Of a stretch of DNA of 64,000 nt, positions 36,177 to 49,689 are shown one piece after another. How positions within the stretch are numbered: position 1 is the first letter of the stretch; every line of letters starts with the position of its first letter. Position numbers and translations under genes: made by a program. Under the pieces are notes generated by a model. That model saw nothing but the letters and a program-made list of their open reading frames with translations. It searched no databases and was not told the DNA's origin. The stretch is taken from contig OX597814.1 of NCBI GenBank assembly GCA_951406725.2, positions 127,100,001 through 127,164,000 on the forward strand, in the 5' to 3' direction. This DNA comes from Octopus vulgaris (taxonomy: Eukaryota).

Positions 36177-36942
36177 ACACACACACACACATAAGGATAA
36201 GCATATTAAAAGGAGTCTGTGTGAAAACTCATTTCAATAAAAAGGGTTGGAAATCACTGCAATAGAGATAAGAATGTACTACAGGTACATACTAGAGGTA
36301 TAAAACGATGTAGGAGGAGTTAGCAAACAACTCCGCAAACACACCCACAGACAGAATTTCCCACATATGTAGTAGATAAAGTTATTATGTATATTGACCC
36401 CTTTATCTATTTAATTTTGGCCTACATTATAAGTAGTAATATTAGGAATAATTGTCCTTATTTTGCCTGTGAGATCTAGTTTCTACTTCAATCAGGTTCG
36501 CAAAGCCAAATGAGTTTGACACACCTACATGATTAGTTGAGCTGCTGGAAGGGGAGAAACATTAGCTGCTGCAAGGAGTTTTATTGAGTATTATACAGTA
36601 TTTGTTTAATATTTTACCTAAAGTTAGATGCAAACACACAGGTATTAATTATAATTGCTGTTAGGTAGTTGTATATTATCTCCTCATTTCTATGGATGAT
36701 CTGTTAAGGTTCACAGATATTTGTGTTTTAGATAAGTTCAAAAGTTTATCACTATCCTCTTGCTCCTCTCTCTCTCTCTCCCTCCCCCCCCTCTCTCTCT
36801 CTTCCCCCTCACACACACGCACACACAATATGACATATTTAGGATCCACTTAACTGTTGAACTCTATGATAAACCAGCAACTGTATCACTAGGTTTAGAG
36901 GACAGAATTTTCAGATAACTAACTAGTTGCATTGCTCTTACC

Positions 36943-37021
36943 ATGTCTGATGAACCTGAACTTACAGAATGGCAAAAATACCTTTTAGATGAAGACACAG
37001 ACATTGCTATCTGTCAGAATG
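36943..37021 (+). CDS. Candidate alternative first coding exon of CNEP1R1 (MSDEPELTEWQKYLLDEDTDIAICQN + G)
   Basis: accATGtct start context, 26 protein-like codons, then G|GTAAGA. The phase-1 G restores the Asp codon with exon 2. It sits in non-repetitive sequence. Confidence 0.55.
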
Positions 37022-39002
37022 GTAAGAAAAGATTTTATTTTAAGTTTCTTGTAGACATAACTTCACAATTTTCATTTGTGTCTAATTTACTATTAAGAAA
37101 TTCCAGCTACAGATTGCTTTTAGAAAGACCCTTTAAAAGACTTAAAGCTCAAGTTTTGTTGAAAACTATCACTTTTTAATTTTCATTTTAAAAAAATATA
37201 TAGATATTGAAGTAGTAAATATACTAAATTTTAAAACTTTAGATTTAGTTTTTCTTTAATGGCAATATATTTAAAATATATTTTAAGTTGCTAACTCATA
37301 TTGAAGTAGATAGATTTTGCCTGAAAAATCAAATTTTAGAGTAGAATTTCTACAAAAGAAAGGAACAAATCAAAGTGAAATTTTGGTAGAAAAGTTAACC
37401 AATATTTGAGAAAACTTGATGAGAATATTTTGTGAATAAATTGCTAGATAACCATAAATGATATGAAGGAGTGTTATACATATGATAGTGCTGTGATAAT
37501 AGAAGACAAATTTAGAAAAATCCTACCTTTGTGTCTCATGAATTTGGTGATTTAGAATTCTGTGGTTAGTGATAAGTTTGTATTTCCATAATTGTGTACA
37601 ATATTATATAATGTAAATAACACAAATCCATATATGTGGTGTTTCCAATACTTCAGTTTGATGCTGTTAATGTTTGTGGAGTAATATTATTATTGCAATG
37701 TCAGCTTTGTGATTGCTGTATTGGTAATATCATGATGTTCTTGTAGTAATCACTGCTCTATACCAACATAATTTAAAATGCAAAAACTATTTTCCATAAC
37801 AATATAATAAACACTGAAATTCCACCTTTAGTTGTAATATTCTGTGGGTAAAATAAATTCAGTATTCCTGGTACCGTCTTACAGTGTTGTTAAGTGACAA
37901 ACATATATTACATTCTGTCTACTACACCATTGAGGGTATCTCAAAATGATAGAGATGAAAGTGTGTCCTTCATAAATTGGCCTGTTCATCAAACAATTTC
38001 ATACTCACTTTGTTCAGAGGGCGTTTTCTGTAAAATTTCAGTGAGATTTGGTAGACAGTAGATAATGTTCAGTTAGTGCTGTCAGATTGAATTGGGTTGA
38101 TAATAGATGTAAGAGCAAAGGTAGGTGAAGGACCAGTTGTATCCAGATAGTAAACTTCTCCCGACCACTACAGGCCCTAAATACCATGCTCACCCTTTAT
38201 CTCCCCATCAACCCTGATATAGCACAACTTATCTTTACATTTATAATTATTTGATTCTGATATCTTTTATTTTGATTGCAGCTACTTATATGACATCCTC
38301 CTCCACAGTGTCCTATTAATGTGAAATTCCAAATTAGTTGACATGTAGAGCAAAAAGAAATAAACTGAATATTTAAGAAATTTTAACCCTTGCAAGTTCT
38401 TACCTTTATTAAGATCTAAGGAAACTGCATCCATATATAGAATTTTTCATTACTTTTCTCAATTGAAAGTCTTAAAGTATAGTTTCAAAGCTTTCTGCTA
38501 CATGTTCATTAGTTTTCTTAAGAGTTTCACCTTCTTTATTATAGTGATCAATATTATTTTAGTAGTCTTATTATTACTGAGAGCTTTCACTGTGCAGCCT
38601 AGTACAGTTCTGTGTACCTTCATTACATGCAGTTTTCTTTTGTTTTCTTATTGTATTGAACATACTCTGTGTAACATGTGTGATTGCCTAGCTGTGCTAT
38701 TTTCTGTATGTTGTGTGTGAGTGTGCTGAGGAGTTGTAAATTCAATCACAATAAAGAAAGTACATGATAACAATGAGAATGTTATTATTCATATTCTCTT
38801 CTGATCGATAAATCTGATTAGCTGTGACAAGCTATGATCAACCATGATAAAAACTACTTACAGAAAAATGTATGTTGCAGATATATTCAAAAGGACTGAA
38901 TGTTAAAGATATAAACACAATATTCTTCAAACCTGCTGTTGATGTGTGTGTTAGTGTGCGTGTATGCATGTATATATGTGTGTGTGTGTGTATATATATA
39001 TA

Positions 39003-39161
39003 CGGAGTGGTTGGCATTAGGAAGGGCATCCAGCTGTAGAAACATTGCCAAATTTAGACTGGAGCCTGGTGCAGCCTTCTGGCTTCCCAGAACCCCGGTC
39101 GAACCGTCCAACCCATGCTAGCATGGAGAACGGACGTTAAACGACGATGATGATGATGATG
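39003..39161 (+). repeat. RTE 3'-tail repeat (also about 42915-43073 and 54150-54277)
   Basis: Conserved tail after (TA)n; tail-to-tail with the SINE at 39170. Confidence 0.88.
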
Positions 39162-39169
39162 ATATATTA

Positions 39170-39462
39170 TTTATGTGCCCTTTTCAAGCCTAGCCAGGCT
39201 CATGAACCTGGTTTCCCGGTTTCTGTGGCATATATGTTCCCCCCAGCTGGACGAGATGCTAGTCCATCGCAGCGTTACTCAAGAAACAGGAAGAGAGAGT
39301 GAGAGAAAGTTGTGGCGAAAGAGTACAACAGGGGTCGCCCAACTGGAGCCTCGTGGAGCTTTAGGTGTTTTCGCTCAATAAACATACACAGTGCCCGGTC
39401 TGGGAATCGAAACTGTAATCCTCCAACCACGAGTCCGCTACCCTAACCATTGCCATTGCGCC
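39170..39462 (-). mobile_element. tRNA-derived SINE, full length
   Basis: Head GGCGCAATGG...TGGTTAGGGTAGCGGACTCG...GTTTCGATTCCC (A/B-box-like), then a CORE-like segment and an A-rich end. Confidence 0.8.
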
Positions 39463-40395
39463 TACACACACACATACACACACATATATATATATATATG
39501 CATATATATAGAGATATGTTATAAGCATACCAAGTGGCAATAATTGAAATAAAGATGTGTACACTTGTGTATTTAACATCTTGTTCATCTGAACATGGAA
39601 AGATGTTTGCTGCACTCATAGTCTTGTAGAAAATTTTCTTCTAATAGGCCATGTTTGTAATACCACATTATGCTGGACTTTGAATATCGTCATTAGATTG
39701 TCACTCATGTGTATGTATTTTAGCATGATTACACTCTCTCAGTGCCAAACCATGCTTCAGTCATTTGTGCATATATAAAACATATATGCTGTATGTACTA
39801 GGTAGTTTATTGGTAAAAGAAGCAACAAAATATACATGTATGTCAGGTGCCAGTGAGTCTGCATTGTGCAAAGACCTCTTCATACATGTGAGTTTGTAGA
39901 GAGCCTTTAATTGATTTGGTCTCGAAAGGGGCTGTGCCCATGACCTTTGCAGATCCTCTAAGATTGATGAGATTGATACCATTAATCTTACCCATAAACT
40001 AATGCAAGTTGATGACTGCAGAGAAAAATATGTAAGGAAGGAATTTCACAAGAGCTAAACATTGTGCAGAGTAGGTTAGTACAGGACGGAGGTGGATACA
40101 ATAAGGGGTGATAGTAGGAGGAAGTGGAGTGAATTAGGAGTGCCAGAGTGAAGTTGATACTAGCCTAACCTACTACAAAGAGCTGAGATTGCTATGGTAG
40201 CAGTAGAAAAGGAAGAAAGAATAACCAGTACATTTGTAGGCCAGAGGTTGGGGTGTATATCTTTTACATTCACATGGACAAGTTATTAGGAAGTTAATAA
40301 AGTTACAAAGTTCTTGTAGAATTTTGTGCAATGGAAATTGTAGCTGATTATGAAAATGCCATATATGTGAACTGTTGGTAAAAGATGGTGCTGCA

Positions 40396-40915
40396 CAGGC
40401 ATGTCAAACATGCAGCCTGTGGGCTGCGTGTGGCATAGCTAGAGATTTAAAACTGGGGAACCCAAAAATTTTCAATAATAAAAGTAATTAAAAATATTGT
40501 CACATTTATGTATTTATTTTGCAAGATTCCTGATGTGAAATCACGTGTTGAAACAGATATTGTTATATTTTGGGATGGCCATTTTTTCTCCAAAAAAGTG
40601 GCGTCCCAACATAACTGCAGCTTTCCAGCTGAAACTAGTTAAAGAATTAAATAGTGTGTGTGTTTATATGACATAAAAAAAAAGAAAGAAAAAATGGATG
40701 ACCATCCCAAAATATAACAATAATCAATAATAATTCAATTAATAAAAATAGGATTATTGATGATCAAATGAAAGGTTTTAAAAGATTTTTACTTAATAAC
40801 AAAAAATTGATATGAAAATCTTTGTTGTAAACATGTGTTTAATAATATGCAGCCCTCATGGCAACATGTATGTGAGCAATGCAGCCCATAGAGGCTCTGC
40901 AGTTTCATATGCCTG
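40396..40915. mobile_element. hAT-type MITE with an internal inverted-repeat insert
   Basis: TIRs CAGGCATGTCAAAC / GTTTCATATGCCTG; internal IR ttgttatattttgggatgg / ccatcccaaaatataacaa (about 40561-40720); TSD not preserved. Confidence 0.55.
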
Positions 40916-43149
40916 GTGTGGTGAACTCATAATAGCTCTTGTGTGAACTCAACTTCAGTTCTATTTGTTGGAGTGTATGATCATTGTACACAGTGCTGTT
41001 CTTCATGATGGTACCTCAGTTGCTGGTGAAACAGAATCTGAGTTGATGATTCAATAGCTGCCTTCTGTCCTTGTTAGCACGTCTGCTATCTGTTGCTTCT
41101 ATATCTGCTGTGAGACATGTGGTAACACTGTCACTCTAAGCTACTCTGAATGATCCTGACACACTGAGCTGGGTTACATTATTTGACAATCACTGCAAAC
41201 AATACCAGTTGATAAGTATTTTTTCTGTTAGTTCTTCTACTTTAGTCATTAGAGACATTTGTTAATAAACCACTGTTCTGAGTCACTGATTGGTTACAAA
41301 GGTTGATAATGTAGGTTCATTTTGATACCTGTTTGTCTAAATGAGATGGTAGACTACTTGATTGGTCTAAAAACTAATGACATATGCCACTGGTGTTTCA
41401 GGCTGTTGCCATAGAAGCTGTCACTGAAGTGTGGCTGTAGCATGGTCCCATTCCTTGTTATGTAGATTCATGTTCCTGTTCCTGGCCTGTTATAAATATA
41501 CTATTGTAATACATTCATTAGAACTTTTAAGTTGTGAGGAGATGGTTGCTTATGTTTACATTGTCTTATCCCCAATGTGAATTCTTTTCGTCATTCACTT
41601 CTGCTTTGTTGATTCTTCTCAAGTATTTGCTATATAGGCTTTTCTTGCTGATTGACAGAATTGTTAGAGCTTCAGACAGAAAGCTTCACTGTATTTGCTC
41701 TGATTCTCTGTGCTGAGTTCAAATCCTGTTGAGGTGAACTTCATCTTTCTTCCTTTCAGAGTCAATAAAAAAAATTAAAATACTAATCCAACATGGTGGG
41801 CTAGTGGGACTGTAAGAACATTCAACCAGATGCTTTGTGGTATTTGTTCCAGTTCTATGTGTTCTGGGTTAAAATCCCACCATAGCTCGCTTTAGTGCCA
41901 GATTTAATCTTTCACCTGGTATAAAACCATAATCTGACAAATTGGGTGTCTTTAGCAGAAATTTCTCTGTTGTAAGCATTCGAGCTAGATTTCCAGTTTG
42001 AGGATGCTTTCCTGCCTCCCTTCCACCAGTCTCAGAAGCCTTAGCTAAAACAGATAAAAATACTATTTTGTTGTTTCATTTTCAGTTTAGTTTGTTTCTC
42101 TGTTCTTGTCACAAAATGTGTGTTACCTCTGTGTTTCTATCTTATTTTTGTTTTGTTCATGTTTTGTAACTATTTTGTATTAGTTTCTCTTTATTATTTG
42201 ATGTTTTTGTAGTCTTATGGTAGATATTTGATAGTATTTTTGTACTGGTTAGAGTTGTGATACATGTTAATTTTATTTTGGACTTTATAGTATTAATGTG
42301 ATGCTTCTCCTAACATTCTCTCTGAATCTTTGTTCTCATTTGTATGTATTATACTCTATCTTGTTCATTTGTATCTATGTATTTGCATGTCTATGCTCGA
42401 TCTAATTATCTTATCTCTGTGTGTCTTTATCTCACATGATATTAGTGGTTTTCATTAATTTTTCACTCTTCAATTATTACCTTGACGTATTTATTTTGAA
42501 AACTTAATTCCATACCAATTTCCCAACTGAATTCATGTACTGTATGTAACAGGGCTTTCAGTTGTTATCTGCAGAGTACAACCTGATATCCTTATATATA
42601 GTTGATTGTCTTCTCATGGTACATAGAACTTGTATCTGCATTCCATCTGGTTTAGCATGTTGGTTAAAAGTGTTAACACCAGACTGAAGAGGAATAAGGA
42701 GAGAAGGTCCCCAATGGGTTTTGTTTATTTTTCATTTTTCTCTTGGTGGTATCTGCAGAATTATTTTCTATTCATTCTTGACATGTTTGATGTACCTACT
42801 TATTATTGTTGCTCCTTTAATCATAGCTGATGTTTATTGAACCCAGTCAGATCCTTTTCCTCCTTCTGCAGTTATTGGTTATGGCTTTGTTAGTCATTAA
42901 TTTATCTTTACAATCACACCCTGTAAAATGGTTAGCATTAGGAAGAGCATCTAGCTGTAGAAATCATGCCAAAGCAGGTCCTAGAACATGATGTAGTCCT
43001 CTAACTTGCTGGATCCTGTTGAGCTATCCAATTCATGCCAACATGGAAGATGGTTGTTAAATAATGATGATGAATATCAATCTTATGCAGTGTTCATTCT
43101 TTTCCCCATTTGTGAGTAATTTTTTTAGGGTGATCATTTATCTTGAGTC

Positions 43150-43360
43150 ATATTCTTCTTCTTTATGCCTTTAACCCTCCAACGCGGAGTATTGGCCACT
43201 TATAGTTGAATTCCATGTCGCATAATTTTTTGTTTCTGTACTTATACTCTGCCATGAATGTCCCCCTTCCTCTAGTTCCTTTTGTGTCGATCTCCACCAC
43301 GAGTTCTTAGGCCTACCTCTCCTTCTATATCCATCTGGTTTCTACTGTAAAGCCCAACCC
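43150..43360 (-). mobile_element. 3' fragment of a different RTE-like LINE
   Basis: Minus-strand translation KPDGYRRRGRPKNSWWRS, a typical RTE C-terminal motif. Confidence 0.55.
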
Positions 43361-45269
43361 CTCATCCTCGTCGTGAGAGATGGAAACAGGTAAAGCTGGT
43401 GAAGTTGAATGGGCTAATCACCCGTGCAATGGATTTTCAAATTGATTACGAAAACATTGATAGTTGACAAATCTTGTCGAGTCATATTATTTGTAGCTAA
43501 AGCTTTGTAGTTATTAGTCTTTCCTGTTTCTTTAGTCTTAATGACTTGTATGAACCAAAGATCCAACTTTTTAGATATACCATTTATCTGTTTCGCATGA
43601 GGACCTTATAGAACAGTCCTACATATAGTAGTGAATTATATAGTGTTATATGACAGTCTGGTTATGTTGCACTCTTTCCACTGTCTCGTCTATTTCTGTA
43701 TGCCTGTAGATTCTAGTGGTGGCCGTAGCGAAAGCAGCCTAGGTGGATTTGGTTAAAACATGATAGTTGCTTTTTTCTGCTCTTATCCCAGCACAGTGCT
43801 TGGTGCTAGTGTGGCTATTGATCCTGCAACTATTTTTGTGTTTATGTGCTTTCCATGATTGTCTGGGCTGAGGGGGAGGGATAGTGTTCTTAGTTTGTGT
43901 TGTAGTGGTCTGTCGCATTTGTAGGTGATTTTGCATAGAGTGGCAGAGACTGTGAGGGTTGGAGATTCATGCAGCAACAAACCGTAGTTCTAACATGTCC
44001 AGAAGATCTTTCATATACAGTGGAAGGTTTGTAAGTAGATTATAAGCACTTTGAACTCGTGATTTTGTATTGTAGTACCAGAGGTGGTCCCACATGGGCT
44101 GATATCAAAAGGACTAATCTTTAACCAATACTCCCTGCTAGTATGGTTGGAGAGTTTTGTTATTAATGTTTTTAAAGTCAGATATTTATGTGCTATAATT
44201 ATTTTAGTTTGACTAACACAACTAAAGTGTCTTTAAGAAATGTCAATGACAGGGTTAGAATTCACAATACTGTTGTTCTAATGATAACACACCTCAGTAA
44301 CATCTTTAATTATTTCTCTAAATAACATGGTTTTCTGTTTTCTGTTATGATATGTATTTTGAAAGTAGGCCCTTATTCCTTTATCTTGCAATTTTGAACA
44401 ATTCTTTTCCTAAATTTTCCTTTTTCAGTTCTTTGTCACCTTAGTACAGTGTTCGTGTAGTAACAGCTCTTAGACAACTTTTGTTGTACTAGTGGTTGAT
44501 AGAAATAACTATTTTAGATATACCCTACACATTATACCTTAAATTTTACAATATTTAATATAACACCTTTGTTAGAAATAGAAGACTGACAAAAATATTT
44601 GTTCTTTATTACATAATTTTAATTTGTTATTAGTTTTCTGTATAATTTACTTTCTTTTACTTTTATTTTTGTTTCATTGGAAATGTCTTTTTCTAAAAAT
44701 CCTTTTTAACTAATTACTACAAACATCACGCAATATTTCTTTTCAGATTGAAATTACTATAATCTTAAAAGATTATAGAAGAAACAGATATGAATTACAT
44801 ATTGTATCAAATTGTTAATGAATTTTTTCCAGATAACTAATTTATTCTTAACCTGTTGCTAAAACGATTTTCCTCTATGAAGCACATCTTTCTTTCATGT
44901 AATGTAGCATTCCTCTGTGCATAAATGCTGGTCATGATACATACCATGTTTGAAGCTTAATCTACATTATCCACAATTTTTCCTCTGTCTTCATCTATTG
45001 TGATTGCTTTCTCTCATAATGTGTCATTTCTATCCTTACCAATCAAATCATCTCCTGTTTACATTTGCCAATGTTTTGGTTAGACTTTCTCATCTCTTTG
45101 CTGCTATAAAACTATACATACAATCAAATCATACATATACATACACTTGAGTGTATGTATTTGTGAACTGATTATTTTAATGGTATATATGTTTGGAATA
45201 CTCAGCCACTTACATGCTACATTTTTATTCAACTGGAAGTTCTGTAATCCATCCCTTCATCCACATATA

Positions 45270-46546
45270 TATTGGGTTATCCCAAAAATAATGCAGTTTT
45301 TTTCAATTGCATGAACTAAAAGTCAGAGTGGGGTGGGATAAACTACCTGCATCAACTTGCTATAAAAGCAGGTTGTAATTTTACCTTATGCTTAACATTA
45401 GTGCAAGTTTTGAAGAGTGCAGTTCGATTTTAAGTTATTTTTGCAAAGCCATAATGGAAGTGACAAAGGAACATATTTGGCATATTTTGTTTTGAGTTCA
45501 ATCAGCAACAATGTAACAGAAAGTGCAAGGAATATTAATGTAGTATATGGGGATCGGTCAATAAGCATAAGCCAGTGACAATGGTGGTTCCAGAAATTCC
45601 GAGCTGGAGACTATAGCCTAAAAGATGAGCATCATCCTGGAAGATCTGTAGAGCTTGACAAACATGTCCTGCAAACCCTGGTGGAACAAAATCCCATCAT
45701 AACTGTTGAGAAACTAACAGAGAAACTTGGATTTGGTCATTCAACCAGTTATCAACACCTGCATGCCATCAGAAAAGTCAGCAAATTGGGTCAGTGGGTT
45801 CCTCACAAACTTTCCAAGTCTAATCGCATGTAGAGAGCGAATCTGTGCTTTTCTTTGCTGTCATGTCTCACGAATGAGCCTTTTTTGGACTGAATAGTGA
45901 TTGCTGATGAGAAATGAGTTCTCTATAAAAATGTCAAGCACTAAAGACAGTGGGTAGGGAAAGGAGAAATACCAGCACCTCAGGCTAAAGGTCTTCACCC
46001 ACGTAAGGTGTTGTTATCTATTTGGTGGGATACGAAAGGTTTAGTTCACTTTGAACTTTTAAACCCAAACCAAACGATAACAAAGGAGATCTACTGTGAG
46101 CAGTTTGAGCAGCTTAAGTCAGCACTAGAAGAAAAATTACCATTATTGGTTTCAAGACAAGTGTTCTTACACCAGGCTGATGCTTGGCTACATACAAGAA
46201 GGGTGACATTCTAAAGGCGGGAGCAGTTTGAATGGGAAACGATGCCCCACTCACCATATCTGTTGGACATTGCCCCATCTGATTATCATTTATTCCACAA
46301 TCTTCAAAATCATTTGGACAGAAAAAATATGAATTCTGAAGATGAGGTCAGAACAGTACTGGAGGAGTATTTTTCATCACGGGCAAGTTAATTTTGGAAG
46401 TGGGGCCTTGCAAGGCTACCAGATAGAAGTAAGAGCATTGTAGAAAATAAAGGAGAGTATATTTTAGATTAAAAAAGAACTTTATCTTAATTTTGGAAAA
46501 ATAAAAGAAGTATAAAAAAACGCATTATTTATGAGATGACCCAATA
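45270..46546 (+). mobile_element. Full-length decayed mariner transposon (about 1.28 kb), transposase pseudogene
   Basis: TIRs TATTGGGTTATCCCAAAAATAATGC / GCATTATTTATGAGATGACCCAATA; ATG at 45454; motifs WVPHKL, IVIADEK, LLSIWWD, PYLLDIAPSDYHLF and GEYILD*; many stops and frameshifts. Confidence 0.95.
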
Positions 46547-46630
46547 AAATAATACCAAGGTTGTTAAACGTTCCTTCTGTAATATCTTTATTGTTCACTG
46601 TATTCACACAATATATAAAATATATATATA

Positions 46631-46807
46631 TATCATCATCATCATCATCGTTTAACGTCCGTTTTCCGCGCTAGCACGGGTTGGACGGTTTCGACCGGGG
46701 TCTGGGGAGCCAGGGGCTGCCCCAGGCTCCAGTCTGGTCTGGCAGTGTTTCTACAGCTGGATGCCCTTCCTAACGCCAACCACTCCGCGAGTGTAGTGGG
46801 TGCTTTT

Positions 46808-46841
<34 letters not shown>

Positions 46842-47112
46842 AAGAAAGTGGCTGAGATCCTTTGAGTGTTGGACCTCACAGAGGCAAGGTGGCTGAGTGC
46901 CTTTCGAGTGTTGGGCTTCATGGATTCTGTGATGCATGCTTGTGCCACGTAAAAAGCACTCTGTCTATTCTGCTGGGTTGTTGGCATTAGGAAATGTCAT
47001 TCAACTGTAAAAACTGTGTCAAAACAGACTCAGTAGTCTAGTGCAGACTCCTGACTGGCCAGCTCCTGGTAAACCATCCAACCCATGGAAGGCGGACATT
47101 AAATGATGATGA

Positions 47113-47187
<75 letters not shown>

Positions 47188-48128
47188 TACACACACACAT
47201 ATATATATATACACATACACTAATAATTCTTCCTACTATAAGCACAAGGGCCTGAAATTTTGGGGGAGGGGGCTGCTCGATTACATGAACCCTGGTACTC
47301 GAATGAATGAAAAGCAAAGTCAGTCTTGATGAAATTTTAACTCAGAATGTTAAGGTGGGTGAAATGCCGCTAAGTGCTTTTGTCTGACATGGTAATGATT
47401 CTGCCAGTTTGCCACCTTTGTATGTACTGATGCCAAACCAAGTAAAAGCATGTTTGTCCTTGCATACAAGCTTGTCCCCTGCATCTCACTCCAGCTCAGT
47501 ATTCCTAATCATGCAGGCTTGTGGGTGCTGGTGCCACATAAAAAGCAGCTGTACTGGTGCTATGTAAACTCACCCTTGCCAGTGCTACGTAAAGGCACTT
47601 AGTACACTCAGTAAAGGGCTTGGTGCTAGGAAGGGCATTCAGCCATATAAACCATGCCAAAACAGACATGGAGCCTGGGCAGCTCTTGTCAAACCGTCTG
47701 ACCCATGCCAGCATGAAAAACAAACATTAAAAGATAATGATGTTGATGATGATGATGAATACCATATTTGTTAAGTCCTGACCCTCCTGTTTTGTCTTTA
47801 GTATTCATTGTATTTGTACTATCTATACATACAGACACGTGTGTGTGTGTTTTGTGATCGCCTTACTGGCACCTGTGCCGGTGGCATGTGTAAAAGATTC
47901 GAGTGAGGTCGTTGCCAGTACCGCCTGACTGGCCCTGTGCTGGTGACATGTAAAAGCACCCACTACACTCTTGGAGTGGTTGGCGTTAGGAAGGGCATCC
48001 AGCTGTAGAAACTCTGCCAGGTCAAGATTGAAGCCTGGCGCAGCCATCTGGTTCGCCAGCCCTCAGTCATTCGTCCAACCCATGCTAGCATGGAAAGCGG
48101 ATGTTAAATGATGATGATGATGATGATG
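46631..48128. repeat. Cluster of RTE 3'-tail repeats: 46631-46809 (-), 46838-47115 (+), 47515-47758 (+), 47855-48128 (+), with microsatellites
   Basis: Conserved tail motifs in both orientations, separated by (AT)n/(CA)n tracts. Confidence 0.88.
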
Positions 48129-48435
48129 AACAAAATTGGAGTAGCAAACAAACAGCAATACCTTATGTTATTTACTTCTCATTTTGGATAATTCGTTTCT
48201 TATTGAGATCACTAAAATAAGTACAAGACAAAATACCGGACTCAAAAAATAATGACTGAAACGAGTGAAAAAGAATATCTATGTAAGTAAATTAGTGAAT
48301 GCAATTCAATGAAGGGTTATTTTTAGGGTGTGTTCTCTAAAATACACATGTTCAGTTCCATTTAAATTGTCTACAAATCTAATTATTTGAAGACCTAGTA
48401 TATATGAGAAATATGTTTTGTTTCTCTCTTTTCAG

Positions 48436-48507
48436 ATCTGAAGGCTTTTGAAAGACGGTTGACTGAAGTTATTGACAAACTGCAGCCAGCAGCCAGGTTT
48501 TGGCGAA
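48436..48507 (+). CDS. CNEP1R1: CNEP1R1 coding exon 2 (DLKAFERRLTEVIDKLQPAARFWR)
   Basis: Acceptor tttctctcttttcAG, donor GTAAGG, 72 nt, phase 1-1; carries the signature motif. Confidence 0.97.
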
Positions 48508-49689
48508 GTAAGGCAATTACTTTACTTCTTTATTTATATGTATATTGTTTTTCTCTTCATGAAATTTTTGCCAATCCAAAATGACTAATAAAAGTAATAA
48601 TAATAATAACAATAATAATAAGGTTTCAAATTTTGGCACATGACCAGCAATTCTAGTGTGTGGGGGTAAGTTGATCACATTGACCCCAGTGCTCAGCTGG
48701 TGCTTGTTTATTGACCCTGAGGATGAAAGGTAAAGTTGACATTGGTAGAATTTGAACTCAAAATGTTAAGAGCCAGAAGAAATGCCACAAAGCATTTTGC
48801 TTGGTATGCTAACGACTCTTCCAGTTTGCTGCTTTAATAATAATCCTTTCTATGATAGGAACAAAGCCTGAAACTTTGGGAGATGGGAACAGTCAATCAC
48901 ATTGACCCTAGTACTTAACTGGTACTTATTTTATCGACTCCTGCCGAAAAGATGAAAGGCAAAGTTGACCAGAGAACTTAAAGTCAGAAGAAATATTATA
49001 AGGCTTGGAATTTGATGGGCAGGGTTTAGTCCATTACATTAACTCCAGTGTTTGACTGGAGTGTCTGGTAGAGCATGGCCAGAATTACCAGGAAAATATT
49101 AGATACTATGCTTGCTACTCATGTAAGATTTCAGGAGTTCCAACAAAATCTGAGTTAAAAGAATATAATAATATCACCAAGTGGCCTTCTGTAATCAGCA
49201 ATCAGAATTATTAATTTTGTGGCATTAGAGGAACCATGTCTCCTTAGTACAGCTAGTAACTCAAAATATGTGCTGAATATCTGAAGGTATAAGTTGTGGT
49301 TTGATGTTCAACAGCTGAAACCAGCAGGATCACTAACATCACTCCTGTGTGAATACAAAATAATGATAGTCATAATGATAATTGTTTGACATAAGCACAA
49401 AGCTAGAAATTTAGTTGGTAAAACCATTCCCAGAACTTGTTCATTATTTTATTGACCCTGGAGGGATGGAAAGTAAAGTTGATCTCAGTGGGACTTGAAA
49501 ATCAGGAGATACTGGAACATAACTCAAAACCATAAAGTATTTTGTCCTACACGCTATCGTTTTCTGCTAATCTGTAAGCAACAATGGGTACATAAAGAGA
49601 ATATATTCATGATGCAACTCATTAAAAGTTTTGTTTTTATTCACGGGATGTAAATTTAATTACTTTATCACTTCTGTAACATTGTGTGT

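Larger units (their letters stand above)
35339..36259. mobile_element. hAT-type MITE with nested insertions
   Basis: TIRs CAGTGGTTCCTAACC / GGTTGGAAATCACTG; TSD CACTAGAG / CAATAGAG (7 of 8 match); contains a palindrome and an RTE-tail copy. Confidence 0.75.

Noticed and set aside
39380-39462. tRNA gene
   Set aside because: It has A/B-box-like motifs but no complete cloverleaf and continues into a SINE body.
43380-44130. Possible further Penelope-like RT fragment on the minus strand
   Set aside because: Only vague similarity by eye; it needs a TBLASTX or HMM search before it can be called.
45454-46472. Active or domesticated mariner transposase
   Set aside because: Multiple stops and frameshifts, and altered catalytic motifs.
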